A DNA stretch of 64,000 bases from Yuukianura sp. NJ FZ-2021 (Eukaryota), in contig CM102285.1 in NCBI GenBank assembly GCA_046563655.1, forward strand, positions 1,860,001 through 1,924,000, in the 5' to 3' direction. The position numbers and the translations under genes are program-made. Numbering within the stretch: the stretch's first letter is position 1; the number at the start of each line of letters is the position of its first letter. Below the pieces are notes generated by a model, which did not search any database, had not been told where the DNA came from, and saw nothing but the letters and a program-made list of their open reading frames with translations. Shown here in pieces: positions 29,401-44,400 of this stretch.

Positions 29401-32400
29401 GTCGTTTGTGTCGATCTAATGGCGTGCTTCGATTGGACTTTCGGTGTAATTCAACTTTCGGGGTAATTCACTTCGTTGTAATTCATTCGTTGAAATGGCA
29501 TAGAACCTAATAATCGTAACATAAGTTTGCAGATTGAACATCAATTTTGAAGCACACAAATTAAAATATCTTCCAAATACATTTGGTTCGAGTATTTGCT
29601 CTCTGGATTTTCATTTTCAAGTTGTTACGTTCACTTGTTGCCGGAGAAATGGCCCTGAGCGTAGGATATTAAAAATAAAAAAAAAATCATCAAAAGCATG
29701 TAAAACATCAAAGCTTTTTGTAGTTCAAAATTTTGAGACACTTGAAAATAATTATAAAATAAAATGCCGACTAAGCAGTTTGAACGCACAACTTTTCTTC
29801 AGGATTATGCATTGTACCTTACTAGTAAGGAAACTGAAATGAAAATTTACACCAAAAACTGTACAGATTCATGATGAGCGAAACAAAGTGCACTTTGCGC
29901 GAAATTACGTTCACATACGTTCAGATTCTTTGAAGTGTGCGTTTCAAGCATTTTGAAAGTATTAAAGCTTAAGTAGCATGAAGGTCGAGTACGTTAATTA
30001 GCGCTGGGATGAAAGTAACAAAAGACATGCTAAAGATAAATCTGCAAAAGAAAAATTCAATTTTGAGAACATATTGGTGTATAATGTTGGACACGGTTGC
30101 CACTCAATCAAATGGAACACTGGTCCAATCAAGGTAGGTTGCTATAGCAACAAAATAGTTTTCCTTTAACAGGTTGGGCGATAAGTCCTGTTTACAAAGA
30201 ATCTCGCCCCAAACAATTTTTTTTCGCTCATTTTCCTCCAATCCCATTTGATTGAATATAATTGCCATAGAAAGGCACGGTGAAGCAAGTTTTCTTAATT
30301 TTTTAACAAAATTTAAATAGTTATTGCCTAACATGTTGAAGAAACAACCATTTTCCTGTTTACGAACCTTTGATCCAATGATCTCATGCTACATTGACTC
30401 TGGACGCCTGTAGTATTCTTATCGCACCAGCTAATAACTACGGATGCCCAACATATTTAAAAGTCTCCATGCTCACAATGTTAGCAAAAAATATTTGCGG
30501 AGTTTTGGTGTTTGAATTGCTTTATTTAGAAATTTTTTTTGTCAATATTTTTGGGGGTTTTTAGCACATGTTTTTGACAACCCTGGTTGGACAACCCAAA
30601 CGTCGACGAACAAAAGCCGACAATTCCAAAACCGACAACTGTTAAAACCGACAAAATTTAAAACAGGTTATAATATAGCCGGCCTAGATTATTTTACTGT
30701 AGATTATGCTTGATTAACCTATGTCATTAGGCTTGTTTCATGTAAATTACGACGTATGGTTTTGATTAGGTTAAAGTATAACTAGCTTTTAATTCTGTCG
30801 GCTTTAACCGCTGCGTTGTCGGCTATAAACGTTGTTGGCTTTGGGATTGTCGGCTATTGGATTGTCAGATATGACAATCTAATTTGGATTGTCATTGACA
30901 ATTGGATTGTCGGTTGGAGCAATTCTGGTTGGGCCTCATTTCCGTAGTTCTATCTCTTGAGAGCGTTTTGCTTACTTGTCAAATGGAATTGGATGGATAC
31001 CTGCTGCTGACAGACGTTGCAACACGTGGAAAGAAAATTGAAGACAAAAGACCTTGGACATTTCTTCCTGGTTTGCTTGCAGACGAGGCATACATTCGAA
31101 TAAAAAACTGACTCAGCGCACAGTTTCTAGCGTTCAGCTTTTAAATAAATTTGACGCTAACGATAAGGAACAACTTTCTCATTCATGGCAACTTAGCGCA
31201 AATCCTCTAAAGGTCATCGACCTTATTTAATTGAATTACTTATCATCTAGGCCACTGAAGACGAAGGTATCGAACTATGTTTTCTCCGTAAAAAATCTTC
31301 ATTACTTTGAAACCAAGGTTGTTATAGCGCCCATTTATGCAAATGTGCTTAACAGGTTATGCCATAACTCAATTTGTTCCAAAAAACTACCTACAAAAAA
31401 AACAAGCAAATTTTGTACGAATCCCATTTGCTTTACATGACGCGAGGTCAACTTTGCATGTAAAAAATAAAAAAAAAAGTATTTGATTTTTTTGTTTAAA
31501 ACAGGGGTTATGGCATAACCAGTGAAGCAAAAACAAAACTTCGATTTAAACAACCTTGATTGAAATAATTCCACCACCAGCTCAAAATTTCAATTACCTG
31601 CATAACTTACTGGTAATTAAATCTTGCAACGACCTTGGCCCAAAATGGAAGTTATTTTGAAGCATACATACATCAAGAGCGCAATTCCTTTCGTTTCTTC
31701 CAGCAATGAAATTGTCGAGGTTTACATTCAACAGTTTTTTGTTTGCCAAAAAGGAGGCCAAGGTTGACAGTTTACAAAAATGAGCAAAATTTAACATTTT
31801 TCAAATTAAAAAATTTAGAAAACGAAAAAGTTTTTAAGATGAGTGACATGTTTTCCCATCAAATTTTGCTAAGATTCCAAGCTAGTACAGTTCCATGCCA
31901 TTAGGCCCTCAGCCAACAGGTCCTATGAATTAGGCCCTAAACTTTTAGGCCCTCACTGCCTTTAGGCCCTAATGAATTAGGCCTTCAAAATGTTTAGGTG
32001 TTGCTTAGGGCAAAGCTTTAGGCATCTTTGATGCCCTAAAGTAGGCGAAGAACCTTGGAATAAAACACGCGCAGGTTAATTCGTTTTTTTGCAAATTCAA
32101 TACCTTTTTTGTTTGGATTTTGGAAAAGACGCTCAGCAGAATTTTCATTTTAGCAGGTTATTCACTTTTTGTGTTTGAAACTTGAAACAAGCCTTTATTC
32201 AGAGATGAAAAGTGATGAGCTCGTAAGATTCTTTTTTTGTGCTCAAACTTTTTGAAAGAAAGATGAAACTTTTCAAAACTTGAACTTTTGAACATATGAA
32301 AAACACGAGAAGTAAATGCCTTCAAAACTATTTCCATCTTACTAAGAAATGTGCTTAGCGTGCATCCATTTTTGTAATTAACAACCTAGTGTTACAGTTT

Positions 32401-35400
32401 TTGAAGAACGAAGTCAAAAACTTAAAGTCTGGTTAAGATTCTGATTAATTTTCTAATTGAATTCCTATAAATTTTTTCTTAAAATTTCAGGTTGCTGAAA
32501 GTGGAAATGTTAAAGAATTTACGCGACTCATCACAACTGATCCAACCAAATTGAACATTCGTGATGGGCGGGAACGTGGACCAGTACATCAAGCTACTGT
32601 TCGAAATCACGTAGGCATTCTAGAAGTCATTGTCAGTTTCCATGGCAACATCAACCTAGTAGATAACCATGGAAACACACCGCTTCACTTGGCTGTAGAG
32701 TCGGAGTCTCTAGATGCCCTTGGTTTTCTCATTGCGAGGTAAAACTTACAAATGTACATAAAACTTTTCAGAGTTAAAAATTCAAAAAAAAACTTCAATT
32801 TTAACGCCGTTTTCAAAATTTTAGTGGCGCCGATACATCGATTTTGAACGACAGACTGCAGTGCCCCCTGCACTTGGCGGTTGAGTTGAACAAAACGGCA
32901 TGTTTGAAGGTTATGGCCAAATACAAAGAGTATTTGAATGTAAATCAAGGTGGAGAACACGGCAGAACGCCACTACACATCGCATCCATGAACAACTATG
33001 AAGAATGTGTCAGAATTTTGGTAAATTTTCAAATTCAAAAAACAAAATTAAACTTTTTCTGAAAATAGTTTATTTTTTAGCTCTATGACATGGGGGTATG
33101 TCCGCGGATTCCTTGCAAAAACGGGTTCTTTCCGATTCATGAAGCAGCAAAGCATGCGTCATCGGACTCAATGGAAATTTTGTTAAGTTGGGGCGACGAA
33201 AATGGATGTCCGCGTGAAGAGATGATTTCGTTTTTTGACGCCGAGGGAAATGTAACCACCAATAGAAATTTTTGAAATTTTCTAAATTTTGAAAACCGAG
33301 TTTTCTTGAAAATTGAAATTTTGACTATAGGCTCCACTTCATTCGGCTGTTCATGGCGGGGACATTAAGGTAAGTAACCTCAAATCCAATGTGCCTCCCA
33401 CTCACTTTCATTTTGGCACAACACAAGCACATCTCGTCAAAAAGGTAATTAAGTTAAAAGACTAATTAATTAACACAAGGATTGACACGTGACTCCCTCA
33501 CGTTTGTATACTATTATTCCATCAAGGAAGGAAAATTTCCCATTTTCCCGCCAAATTAATTCATGAAACCCTGCTGAACAAGTACAAAGCAGAAACCGAA
33601 GGAGTTAAATTTTGAAATTAGCGCCGTTGAACTTTGTGCTAAATAGCGTAATTTGTGAGCTTCCACGAGCTACACGAGTAACGCTTTTGTCAAAATTTCG
33701 ATGGAACCAGTTTTTGTTACTAAATTTTAGAAATCAAGAGAAAACGGTTGATTTTTTTGAATGCAATTTTTTTGATAGTGCAACAAGAGGTTTTAAAAGT
33801 TTGAATAAAGTTTTGGTGCGTGCTAAATATAAAGTTTTTAGTTTCTCACAAATTTCACGGTCACACAATTTGGAAACGAAATTTGGAAAATTAAATTTTC
33901 ACAACTGAAAACACTTTTGTTCATAATTGATGCAAATTCAGTTTGGATTAATTTTAGTATTCAAATTATGTTGAATGAGAACCTGTAAACATTTTTTTTA
34001 TATTCCAAGCTTCATAAAACTTCATATTTGACACCTTTCGTTTTCACAAACTCAATTTTCAAATTACGTTTATACAACGTGACCAACTTTGGTTTCAATA
34101 GCGGAAGATTTGAATTTTGTATTTTTTTTGCAGGCAGTTGAACTGTGTATCAAATCTGGTGCCAAAATCTCAACGCAACAGCATGACCTTTCTACTCCTG
34201 TCCATCTTGCCTGTAGTCAAGGGTCCATGGAAATCGTCAAACTCATGTTCACGGTAAGTTTGCCACTTTTTTTACTGTATAGTTGTAGAACTTTTTTTAA
34301 AAAAGAATCCCCGTGGTCGCAAACAGGTAGGAAATTAATACGAGGGCACGTTGCCATTGATTTAAAATTGGATTTGCATTTGAGAACGCCCGCGCTCAAT
34401 TTTAGTATAAAATTGAATGAACAACAAATGAAATTTGAAAAAAAAAACGAAGTTTATTTCTCCGGTGTCTGCTAACTACTCAAAGTAATTTAAGTCTCGT
34501 GACGCACAACGTGATCTTTGCTGAGTAGCTATCCAAAACGTTATGTTCTAAAAAGAAAGCCTCAAAATGTTCCACTCCCACGAGTTGAATTTCAAAAAAA
34601 CGAAACTGTTGGAAGCAATTTAAAAAAAATTGCTATAAATTCACCAGCTAAAGAAAGTGAAGCTGAATTTACAAGAAGGTTGGACAGACGGACAGACTGA
34701 CTCAATTGCAATTCGGTACAGTGAAGAATTTTATTACTTTCTTACAACTAAAGTCTACGTGAGATAGAACACTTGAGCATTTGTGAATCAAACTACCAAT
34801 GCATTAGTAATAATAATAATTCATTCGCAATTAGCAATTCTATAAGTAATTAAATTAGTTTGTTTTACAAAGAATAAAACCTTAACAGAAAGCCACCTAC
34901 GTCATGAAAATCCCAAAAAATTGCAGTTTTGAGCAATCAAAACTTCAACATTGGTTTGTGCATGTCATAGCTTGTCACTTGTCTCTGCATTAATAGGTTA
35001 GCCAAGGTGGGTAAACAAGCAGATTGTTGATTGCTACAAGAGGTTATTCATTAACTCGACGTTTTTTAATTTTGTTAAATAATTTGCAAAACTTGCTTCG
35101 CCGTGCCTTACTATGGTAATGATTTGTATGTAATGTAACGGAATTGGCGGAAAAAGATGTTTGCACTCAATTTTTTTAAAACTCGGAGGTATTGAACAAC
35201 CTCTTGTAGCAATACAATTGGTTGCTATAGCAACCTTGAGGTTAGCAACTCACCCCTTGCCTCAGTTCGCACTTATGCAATTATCATTACAAATCCAGAC
35301 ATTTTTAACACTTGGGCATTGATTAATTACTTGAATCTAGTAATTTTATTAATAAAAAATCAATTACGCACCAATTTCTGTCTACATTCCCTGCCAGTTA

Positions 35401-38400
35401 CAAATACCGCACAAACTTGGGAACTAATAGTAAAGCTTCCTCTTAAAAATAATATGATGTGTCCAGCACACTTTTTTGGTTTGTTGACGTTCGTTTTAAT
35501 AATAACAACTATGTACGGCCAACAAACCTCAAATTGGCGCCACAACTTGAACAATATAACCCGGGATTACTTGAATCCCCGCTGCTCAGTGTGTAGCTGC
35601 ATGCCGACCTTTGACCCTGTTCCGCTATCATCTTGGACTCCTTCAACTTATCCCAGGTACATCATAGCTCAAAGTCGACTTATGCACTACTTTGACTACA
35701 AAAGGTCAGAAGGCCATCTCTGGAAGGGAGAAGAGGACATTGGCCTGGTCTACTGCGAGTCATCATTTAGGTCAAAGGTCAACAAAAAAAATATGAGCGT
35801 GTTCGAATGGACGAGAAACGGGCGCAAGATGAAAGTCAAGTGCAAACGGGATGAATTCACTTACTACTGTAGAAATTCGAAAAAGGTCAATAGCCAGGGT
35901 GGTTTTAATTACAGTATACGTTTTGGTCAAAGAGTCTGGAGTGATGACACGACGATTTTGTCGAGATTGTGCATAGGATCAGAAGGTCAAGCTGTTTGGT
36001 CAGTGACGTCGTCGCAGTTGACCTTGAAACGAAGTCAATTGAAAACTATCAAGAAAAAGCTGAGAGAAATCGGATTTTCTTCCAAGAAAATGATCTACAT
36101 GCCCAAAATTTGCGCCAAGTTCAAAAACATAACGGCGACGCGGGACGCAAATATTTAGCTTAAATAAAGACGATCGAAATTTTTTTTTGAAAATATTATG
36201 TTAGTAGTCGAATGTATAAAATAAAACAAGTTATCTTTCCGTAATGTAAAAATTTGTGAATATTAGTGGGAGCACGCCATTGTGTCAATTGAATTGTATC
36301 AACTACATCGTGTCAACTAGAATTGAATCATCTGCTAAACTGCGTCAACGGCTAATTCTGTCAATATTCGTGGATACAAGCAGCCGTTCACAATAGTGCT
36401 TTAAATTTTCACTTTTGAAAAACAAGCACATTGCATATTAGAATTTACTGTTATTTAAAATTTAATTTAATATCTAGTAATAAATTTTGCGATAAGATAT
36501 TTCAAAAATCTCTTCGATCCAAAGTTGTTGTTTTTTTTTTCGTTTGTCACAAAACATCTAAATTTTTTGCATTCTATGTAATGGATTCCTTGCATAGACG
36601 AGTTAAGTATCGTCAGATGAATTTCTCGCTCCGTAAACTGGCTACTTAAGGTATTGCAGCTTCTACATTCGTAAAAGGATCCAAACGTGTTCATAAGTTT
36701 AGGGAAAACTAAAAAGACGGTCAAAGAGGTCAACCAGGTCAACCACAATAGATCATTGACCCAAAGCAGGACTTCGGTTCACACACGTTTTAAGAGGTGT
36801 GTGCAGATACGCTACGCTGTTGGCAAAAACTTTGTATACCGCCAGCAAATCAAGCTGCGTGCTCATAGTTTCTTCCACAAAGTTGACCTTGGAACAGAGT
36901 GAACTTAGAATTATCAGGAAAATTGCGTCTAAAAACTTACTAAATATTTATAGAAAATGGAAATCAGTGAACAACTGTGAACAGTGAAATGAAAAAAAAA
37001 ACGGCAGTAATAAGATAGATATATTAAATCGATTAAAGAAATATAACATGGTAGGTTTTGGAATAATTATGACTTTTCGTATAATTACCTTCTTAAGCTT
37101 AATTACTTTTTTTTCCTTCTTGAGCAATTCGGATTACAAATCCAGACTTTAGGGACACTTGAGCATTATCATAAGTTAATTGGAATTAATTACTTTTAAT
37201 AGAAATTTATGTAATTGCCATTATTTTCACACCATAACTATATCTACTACCACCGTATACGAATTTTGCGCCAAGTAGAAACCAAATACCAGTGTTTGTT
37301 ATGAATGCAAAAAGTACGCAATGGATCTGTCAAATATTTTTAGAGTTTCAATACTCTTACTTTTTCTTTACTTTTTACTTTTTATGACGATGAAAAAATC
37401 GATTGGCGCCAAAGTTTGACAAATGTCAGCGAGACTTAATGAATCCACGTAGTATTTTGGTTGGCATTACTGAATCAAATTACGAATGCATTAGTAATAA
37501 TTCATTCGCAATTGGCAATTCAGGTATTTAAATTACTTTAACAAAAGGTAAAACCTTAACAGAAAGCTAACTCCACTATGAAAATCACAAAAAAATTGCA
37601 ATTTTGAGCAATCAAAGCTTCAACATAGGTTTCAGCGTACACTGTACTTTTGCCATTGTGTATTCCCATCTGGCGCCATAGGTTCATCAATGTGGGACAT
37701 GGAGTATTTGATTAACTTTAGTGAAACCAATTGAACTTCGTCACAGCCAACATTTTTTGGCAACACTTGAACATTACCGCCAGAAACTGAGCATTCCATG
37801 AAACTAAATTTGTTATTCTGATTCACTCCTGCTCACAAACTGATAAAATGCTGGTCAAATAAAACTCCGCCAGAACTGCTACCCGGTTGCTCAGAAAACA
37901 GCAAAATGCGGTTTGTTACAAAATCCGAAGTATCGCTTCTTGCAGTTCTAGTTTTTAGAACAGTAAGTGCCGATTGGCGTAACAGTTTGGCGAATGACAC
38001 AAGCGACTACTTGAATCGACACTGTACTACTTGTAGCTGCCTGCCGACCTTTGACCCGGTTCCACTCAGCTCCGTCTCACGGCTGATCACCTCACAACGT
38101 AGCCCTCTCTTTATTAGTAAACTGACGTATCACTTTGACAGTATATGGACGCAAGACTGGTTATGGAAAGACCCAAACGAAGTTGATCGCATGCTCTGCG
38201 ACTTGTCATTTTCTTCAAAATACATAAAAAAGAAGTTTGTACTGCGCCTGAGCTGTAACACTGGCTTCTTGGATACGAAGTGCAAACATGACAAGTACAC
38301 TTACTACTGCAGGTCTAAAAAAGGAAAAAGTCAACAGAAGGTAAAGGTCAAAGGTCAACCTCCGGGTAAATATAATACATACACATTTCAAGTGGTATGG

Positions 38401-41400
38401 TCAGATGACACGACAGTGTTGGGCAGGTTGTGCGTCGGGTCGGAAGGTCACGCTGGTTGGTCAGTCACTTCTACCAAGAATGAATTAAGCAAAGGCCAAA
38501 TGAAAATTATTAAGAAGAAATTGCGGAAACTTGGATTTGATTCAAACAAAATGCTGAATCTTCGGAAAAGGTGCGACAAAATGAAACGAAAATGAAGAAG
38601 AAAATTTACGTTTTCCTCTGTCTTCCAGACCTCAGAAACGCTTGAGCGTTTCTGCATCATGAAAATAATTAGTAATTTACGTAATTAGTAATTCATGTAT
38701 AATTAGTAGTAATAATTGGCTGAGCTAAAAGAGTTCAAATGTTTCTCTTATACTTGAATACATGAGCATAGTTTACAATTGAAATAAATGTAATATTTTT
38801 GAATCTGGGAAAGGGAAATGATAAGTTGTGATTTCGCTTTTTCGAGTGTTTTCTTTTGCAAATTTGCGATAAAACCAATTTGCATGTGGAGGTGAGAAAT
38901 ACAAGAATTTTTATCGAAGATGTGTTTGTTTAAATGTTCAAACTGCTTGGACACCCACTTCAACCTCGGTTGATTTTGAAGCAAAAAAAAAAAAACTAAC
39001 CAAAATCGCATATCAAGAAAAAAATTTCAATTTCCAGACATTTTTAGTATTCTGTTAGACTGAAATAATAAAGCGCTGATTCCTCTTTAGCATCTGGACA
39101 TTAGTATCTCGAATTAGCAATTCAAGTGTGAAATTTGTATATAACTGGAACCACCTTTTTCCAAGATATTGTGAAGTACAGCAATAGAAAAAGCACAGAA
39201 ATACTGCTACCTAAAAACAATCACGATGGGTTCACCCAAAAACTCCGCAGCGTCGTTACTCTTCACTTTACTTTTTGTAACTACAATTGCCCAAGAACAG
39301 TTTGATTGGCGCCAAGGTTTGGAAAATGTAACCAGGGATTACATTCATCCACGGTGCACTACGTGTAGCTGCATGCCGAACTTTGACCCGGTTCCGCTCA
39401 ACACCGTCGCTCAGCAGCTCACCGCTCCACATTACACGCTTTACCAAAGTCAACTGATGGATCACTGGAACGCTGTGAGGTCAAAGGGGTTGTTATGGGA
39501 CGAAGAAGAAGATGCTGACATGGTCTACTGCGAGTCAACGTTTTGGTCCAAGCCTAGAACCGGAAAGCGTGTTTCTTTCAAATGGACAAGAAACGGTAGA
39601 GTTATGAAGATCAATTGCAAATTCATTTCCGAAAGCGTCGACAATTGCAAAATAAAAACACCAAGAAACCATGGCCATCCAGGTCAACTTCAAAACAAAC
39701 TCGACGAGGAACATTCCAGGTTCGCCTACAGTACTTACACTACTCAAATAGTTTGGAGAGATGACAGAACTCATTTGGTGCGATTCTGCATCGGATCAGA
39801 AGGTCATGCTGTTTGGGCACTCAAGTCAACTAAAACGACCTTGACAAAACGTCAAATGAGAATTATTAAGAAGAAGTTGAAAGAAATTGGATTTTCTGCT
39901 AATGGGATGCTGAATGTTCGCAAAAGGTGTGAAACCCTTAAAGGAAATAGAGTAAGCAACAAGAAGATGGAAATTTGAAATTCGGATTCAGTTTTATTTT
40001 TCACCAAACTACAAACAAAACATGGCTCAGAATGTTTGATAATATTTGGTAAAAAAAATGCTGATTCAGAATGCAAGCCCAGACGTTAGGTGCACTTGAG
40101 AATTAAAATTAGTTACTACTAAAATTAATCTGTTTTAATAAAAATTCATGAAATTAAAATTTCGTTCACTACATTATAACAAATCCAGACGTTTTCAACA
40201 CTTGAGCATTGATTAATTACTTGAATCAATTTGATTTAATAATAAAAATCCGTTGCATACCAATATTGGTCCGCAATCCCTAGCCGTTTACAAATTCTAC
40301 ACAAACGCAGAAACTAATAGTAAGTAAAACCTTCGTGTTGAATACAAGGTACATAGATTATTAATTAATTGTCGAAGTCTCTGAATTAATTTCTCTTTGT
40401 TCTTTTCTGCACAGCAGTTCGAATTAAAATACCAGACTGTAGAAAAAGTTGAGCACAATAATTAAATAGTTGAATTAAATTCATGAAATTGCAATTTCTC
40501 TCTTACCATCGCTATAAATGCGATCACCATTTACGAATTCTACGCCAATGTAGAAACCAAGCATCACTGCTTGTTATCAATACAAAAGTACACGATGGAT
40601 GTGTCAAATATTTTTAGAGTTTCAATACTCGCTTTACTTTTTACAACTACATACGGCGAAGAAAAGTTCGATTGGCGCCAAAGTTTGGCAAGTGTGAGGA
40701 AAGACTTCCTGAACCCACGTTGTACTACTTGTAGCTGCATGCCTACTTTTGATCCGCTTCCGTTCTCGTCCGCTGAGTCGCTGCTGATGTCAAAGCATCG
40801 TTTCCTTTTCTACAGTACGGAAATGTACCGTTTGAAATCTGCACTGGCAAAAATGTGGCTGGCTGAGGACGGAGAGCACATGGACATCACTCTCTGTGAA
40901 GCGTCTCATCAAGCCATGGCTAAGGGGGCTAAAACCAGTAGATACAAATGGAGTAGGAACAAGCGTATGATGAAGTTCAAATGTAAGTGCAACGAGCTAA
41001 CTGACCACTGCCGATTAAAAACTGTGCCCAGCTTATTGAAAAACTCCATTCAACACAACAGAACTGGTCAACCGGGTCAACCAACTCAAGGTCTGTCAGG
41101 TCAACCGTCATCGGGGTTGGACAATTCAAAACGAAGTTCTGAAGGTCAAACAAAGGTTGGATACATTTCATATGCAGCGGAACTAGTTTGGGCAGATGAC
41201 ACAGCAGCTCTGGTTAAAAACTGCATAGGTTCAGAAGGTCAAGCTGCTTGGTCAGTCACATCCACGAAGCTGACCTTGAAAAAAAGACAACTCAAAATAA
41301 TTAAGCAGAAATTGAAGGAAATTGGATTTTCTCCCAAGGGAATGATAGATCTTCGGAAACGGTGTGAAGCGGTTAAAAAAAAGGCAAACCACTTAAGCCG

Positions 41401-44400
41401 GAAGCTTTGGAAAGCACGAGTGAGAAAAACGTAGCCAAAGCAGGAAAACCCTTCTTCTTCTTTTTTTGTTATTGTTTCATTCTTTATATTTTTTGAAAAT
41501 GTTAGAACAGCGTAGTAGATTTTGGAATAATTAAACACTTAATTGTAACTTGTGTGTTCATTTACGTGCCAACTACTTATTTGTTCACTTCTGTGCAATT
41601 TGTATTACAAATCCAGACGTTTTCAACACTTGTGCGTTAATTAATCATTTGAGTCAATTCGTATTTAACAGAATTTATTTTTCACCCTTCATAACTCGCC
41701 TTTACTTTGTACACAGAAGTTGAAAATAGGTAACCACAAGTCACGTTTTGAAAACAAAAATGATGTGTAGTATAACAAAATTTGTTAGATTGTGGTTCTT
41801 CACTTTACTTTTGACGATTACCTACGCCAGAGAGAAATCGAATTGGCGCCAAGGTTTGAGCAATGTGACGCGGGATTATTTGAATCGGCGTTGTACAACG
41901 TGTAGCTGCTTGCCGGCATTTGACCCCGTGCCGATATCATCCGTGACGCTACCGAATACACCTACATACTACGTGTTAGTTCAAAGTACACTTATGTACT
42001 ACTATAACTATAGGCGGTCAGAAGGCTACCTCTGGGAACAAGTGGAGGACATTGAACTCTTTCATTGTCAGTCATCGTTTAGGGCAAAGGTCAAGAAAAA
42101 CAAAATCATCATTTTCGAATGGACGAGGAACGATCGTGTGATGAAGATAAAGTGCAGAAGAGATGAATTCACGTACTACTGTCGACACAAACCAAGGGTC
42201 CAAGGTAAATCTACTTCTGACTACAGCTCACTTACCGCTCAGATAGTCTGGGCAGACGACACGACGATTTTGTCTACATGGTGCGTAGGGTCAAAAGGTC
42301 AAGCTGTTTGGTCCGTCACTTCGACGCAGTTGACCTTGCGAAAGCGTCAATTGAAAATTATCAAGAAAAAACTGAGACAAATCGGATTTTCTTCCAAGAA
42401 AATGATTTTTCTATCAAAAATGTGCGCCGGGGTGAAAAACAAAACGGTAACATACGACGGAAAGAATGAGTTTATGCAGAAAAGTTTTTTGTTGTTGTAG
42501 TAAATAAGTTGGAAAATTTTAATAACTGTATTATGAATTTTTTTTTCTCGATGGATCATCATAATGGACATGTTGGAATAAATCTTGTAATCTGGACAGT
42601 CTAATGTTTTTACCTGTTTTATTTTTGTATATTTGCATCACAATTGCCAATGTTTTCAGTAACTGCACATTTATGCTGCGACAAACTGGCTGAGGGCATT
42701 CACCTCTCGTTGATTAGGCATGAGGATTTTGAAAATTTGAACCCCATTGAGCAGTAGTAGTAACACTCATGGCCCAGCATCACATTCAATCAATCTAATA
42801 TGGATCTATTACTTTTCCTTGTTTCCAATTTTCTGTTTGCTGTTACTGCCAGTGCGAAATCACATTGGCGCCAAAGGTTGAGCAGTACGAATCGTAGTTA
42901 TTTCAATTCACGATGTTACTTCAACCAAGAAAATGTTGAATCTTCGTCAACGATGTGAAAATTTCAAAAAACAAAAAACCATGCAACACGCAAGTTCATC
43001 ATAAGTTTGAAGAAATATTAACGATAAATTTCATATATGAATATAATTTTGAGTAAAAAATGATTAATAAAGTTTTTCGTGGTAGCGTGCAAAGTATTAC
43101 GGTGTGTAATGCGGCGCCAAATCTGAATTTACTTAATTTTGTGGAAATGAATTTGAAGTGCGTTACAACATTTTGAGTAACTAATTTTGAAAATTTAAAA
43201 CTTCCAATATAAACCAGTGTTTAAGGCATATTTTTTTTTGTCTTCTGCGTCACGTGACTAACCGCATTTGCAGTACTGTTGTCCTTGCGAGTCAATGAGA
43301 ATTGTTCTACCTTGGACAATAACTGGCGTCAAAGTGACGGGTTTTTGCGACTGCGAAATTTGAATTGTCGTGGGTTTTTGGTTACCAATGAAATACGGTG
43401 GATTTTGAATTTGGGTGACTTGGTAGCCGACTTTGCTAGTCGGTTGTGGCTGTACTTGTTGTTGCTGCGTAGTGTGCGTAGTAACGGTCGTCACTGTGCG
43501 AGCTGCACCGTTTGAATTCACCGTGTTTCCGTTTCGATCATAGTAAACGACTTGTTGGCCGACGTTACCGGTCGGGAATTGCGTCCCAACGATGACGTTT
43601 GCATTAGGTTGCTGTTGTACACCTTCTGGTTTGGCCCATCCCGCAGCATCGCATTTGCCCAACATTCCTTCTTCTGGAAGCCATGCACCTACCGCCTTGC
43701 CCATCAGTGTCCCGTATGCTGACCACGCTTTGCTCGCAGCTCCAGAATCCACTGGTTGCGGTCCATCTCCCTTCCAGACAGTGTAGCCATTGGTGTTGCA
43801 GAAGCCAATGAACGCCTCAGGCGATATGGCATTCTCTGCAGTTCCAAGGACCTTTGTAAACCCATAAACTAGATACAAAATTAAAAAATAGTAGTAAAAA
43901 AGTAGTAAAAAGAAGTAAGAAACATAAAAAAGCGGATGTAGTGAATAGTTTATACTATTTATATCCCTATACTACTATGACACATACAATATTATAATCC
44001 TAGTGCAATAGAAAACTGTGAATGAAACTACAGAAAACGAGTTAAATCATAAACCGCAAAACGCAAAATTAACCAAAACGTATCAATTCAAATGACTTAC
44101 GAGCATCGCCAAACATCGAGGCCTCACTCTATGGAGAAATAAAAATAGTTTATAAGTTACTGAAGTCACTAAATCCAATGAAAACTTCCTCTTAAAAAAT
44201 GCTTGAAACTCATTTTAAAAGAACATTTAACTAAAAAAGTTGTTGTAAATAATGTACTTACGGCTGTAACAATAGCCATGACAAGAAACAGAGCGTTGGC
44301 AAACATAACGAAATCGGATGTAGGATGGAAATATGTAAGAGAAAAGATTACGACGGTAGTCGGTATGATTGAATTCACATTTTTTGAATGCTATTTGTAT

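Larger units (their letters stand above)
35295..41633 (+). promoter_or_regulatory. Recurrent upstream motif CCAGAC-N8-CACTTG of the nested lipocalin-like genes (copies at 35295, 37142, 40079, 40185, 41613; variant at 40432)
   Basis: Both half-sites and the 8-nt spacing are conserved while the spacer varies (atttttaa, tttaggga, gttaggtg, gttttcaa). The gene-proximal copies sit ~150-180 bp upstream of start codons. Confidence 0.5.

Noticed and set aside
35319-35453. N-terminal extensions of lipocalin-like copies 1, 4 and 5 in the ORF track
   Set aside because: They start at TTG codons upstream of the ATG that precedes the signal peptide; the copy 1 extension runs through promoter-like sequence.
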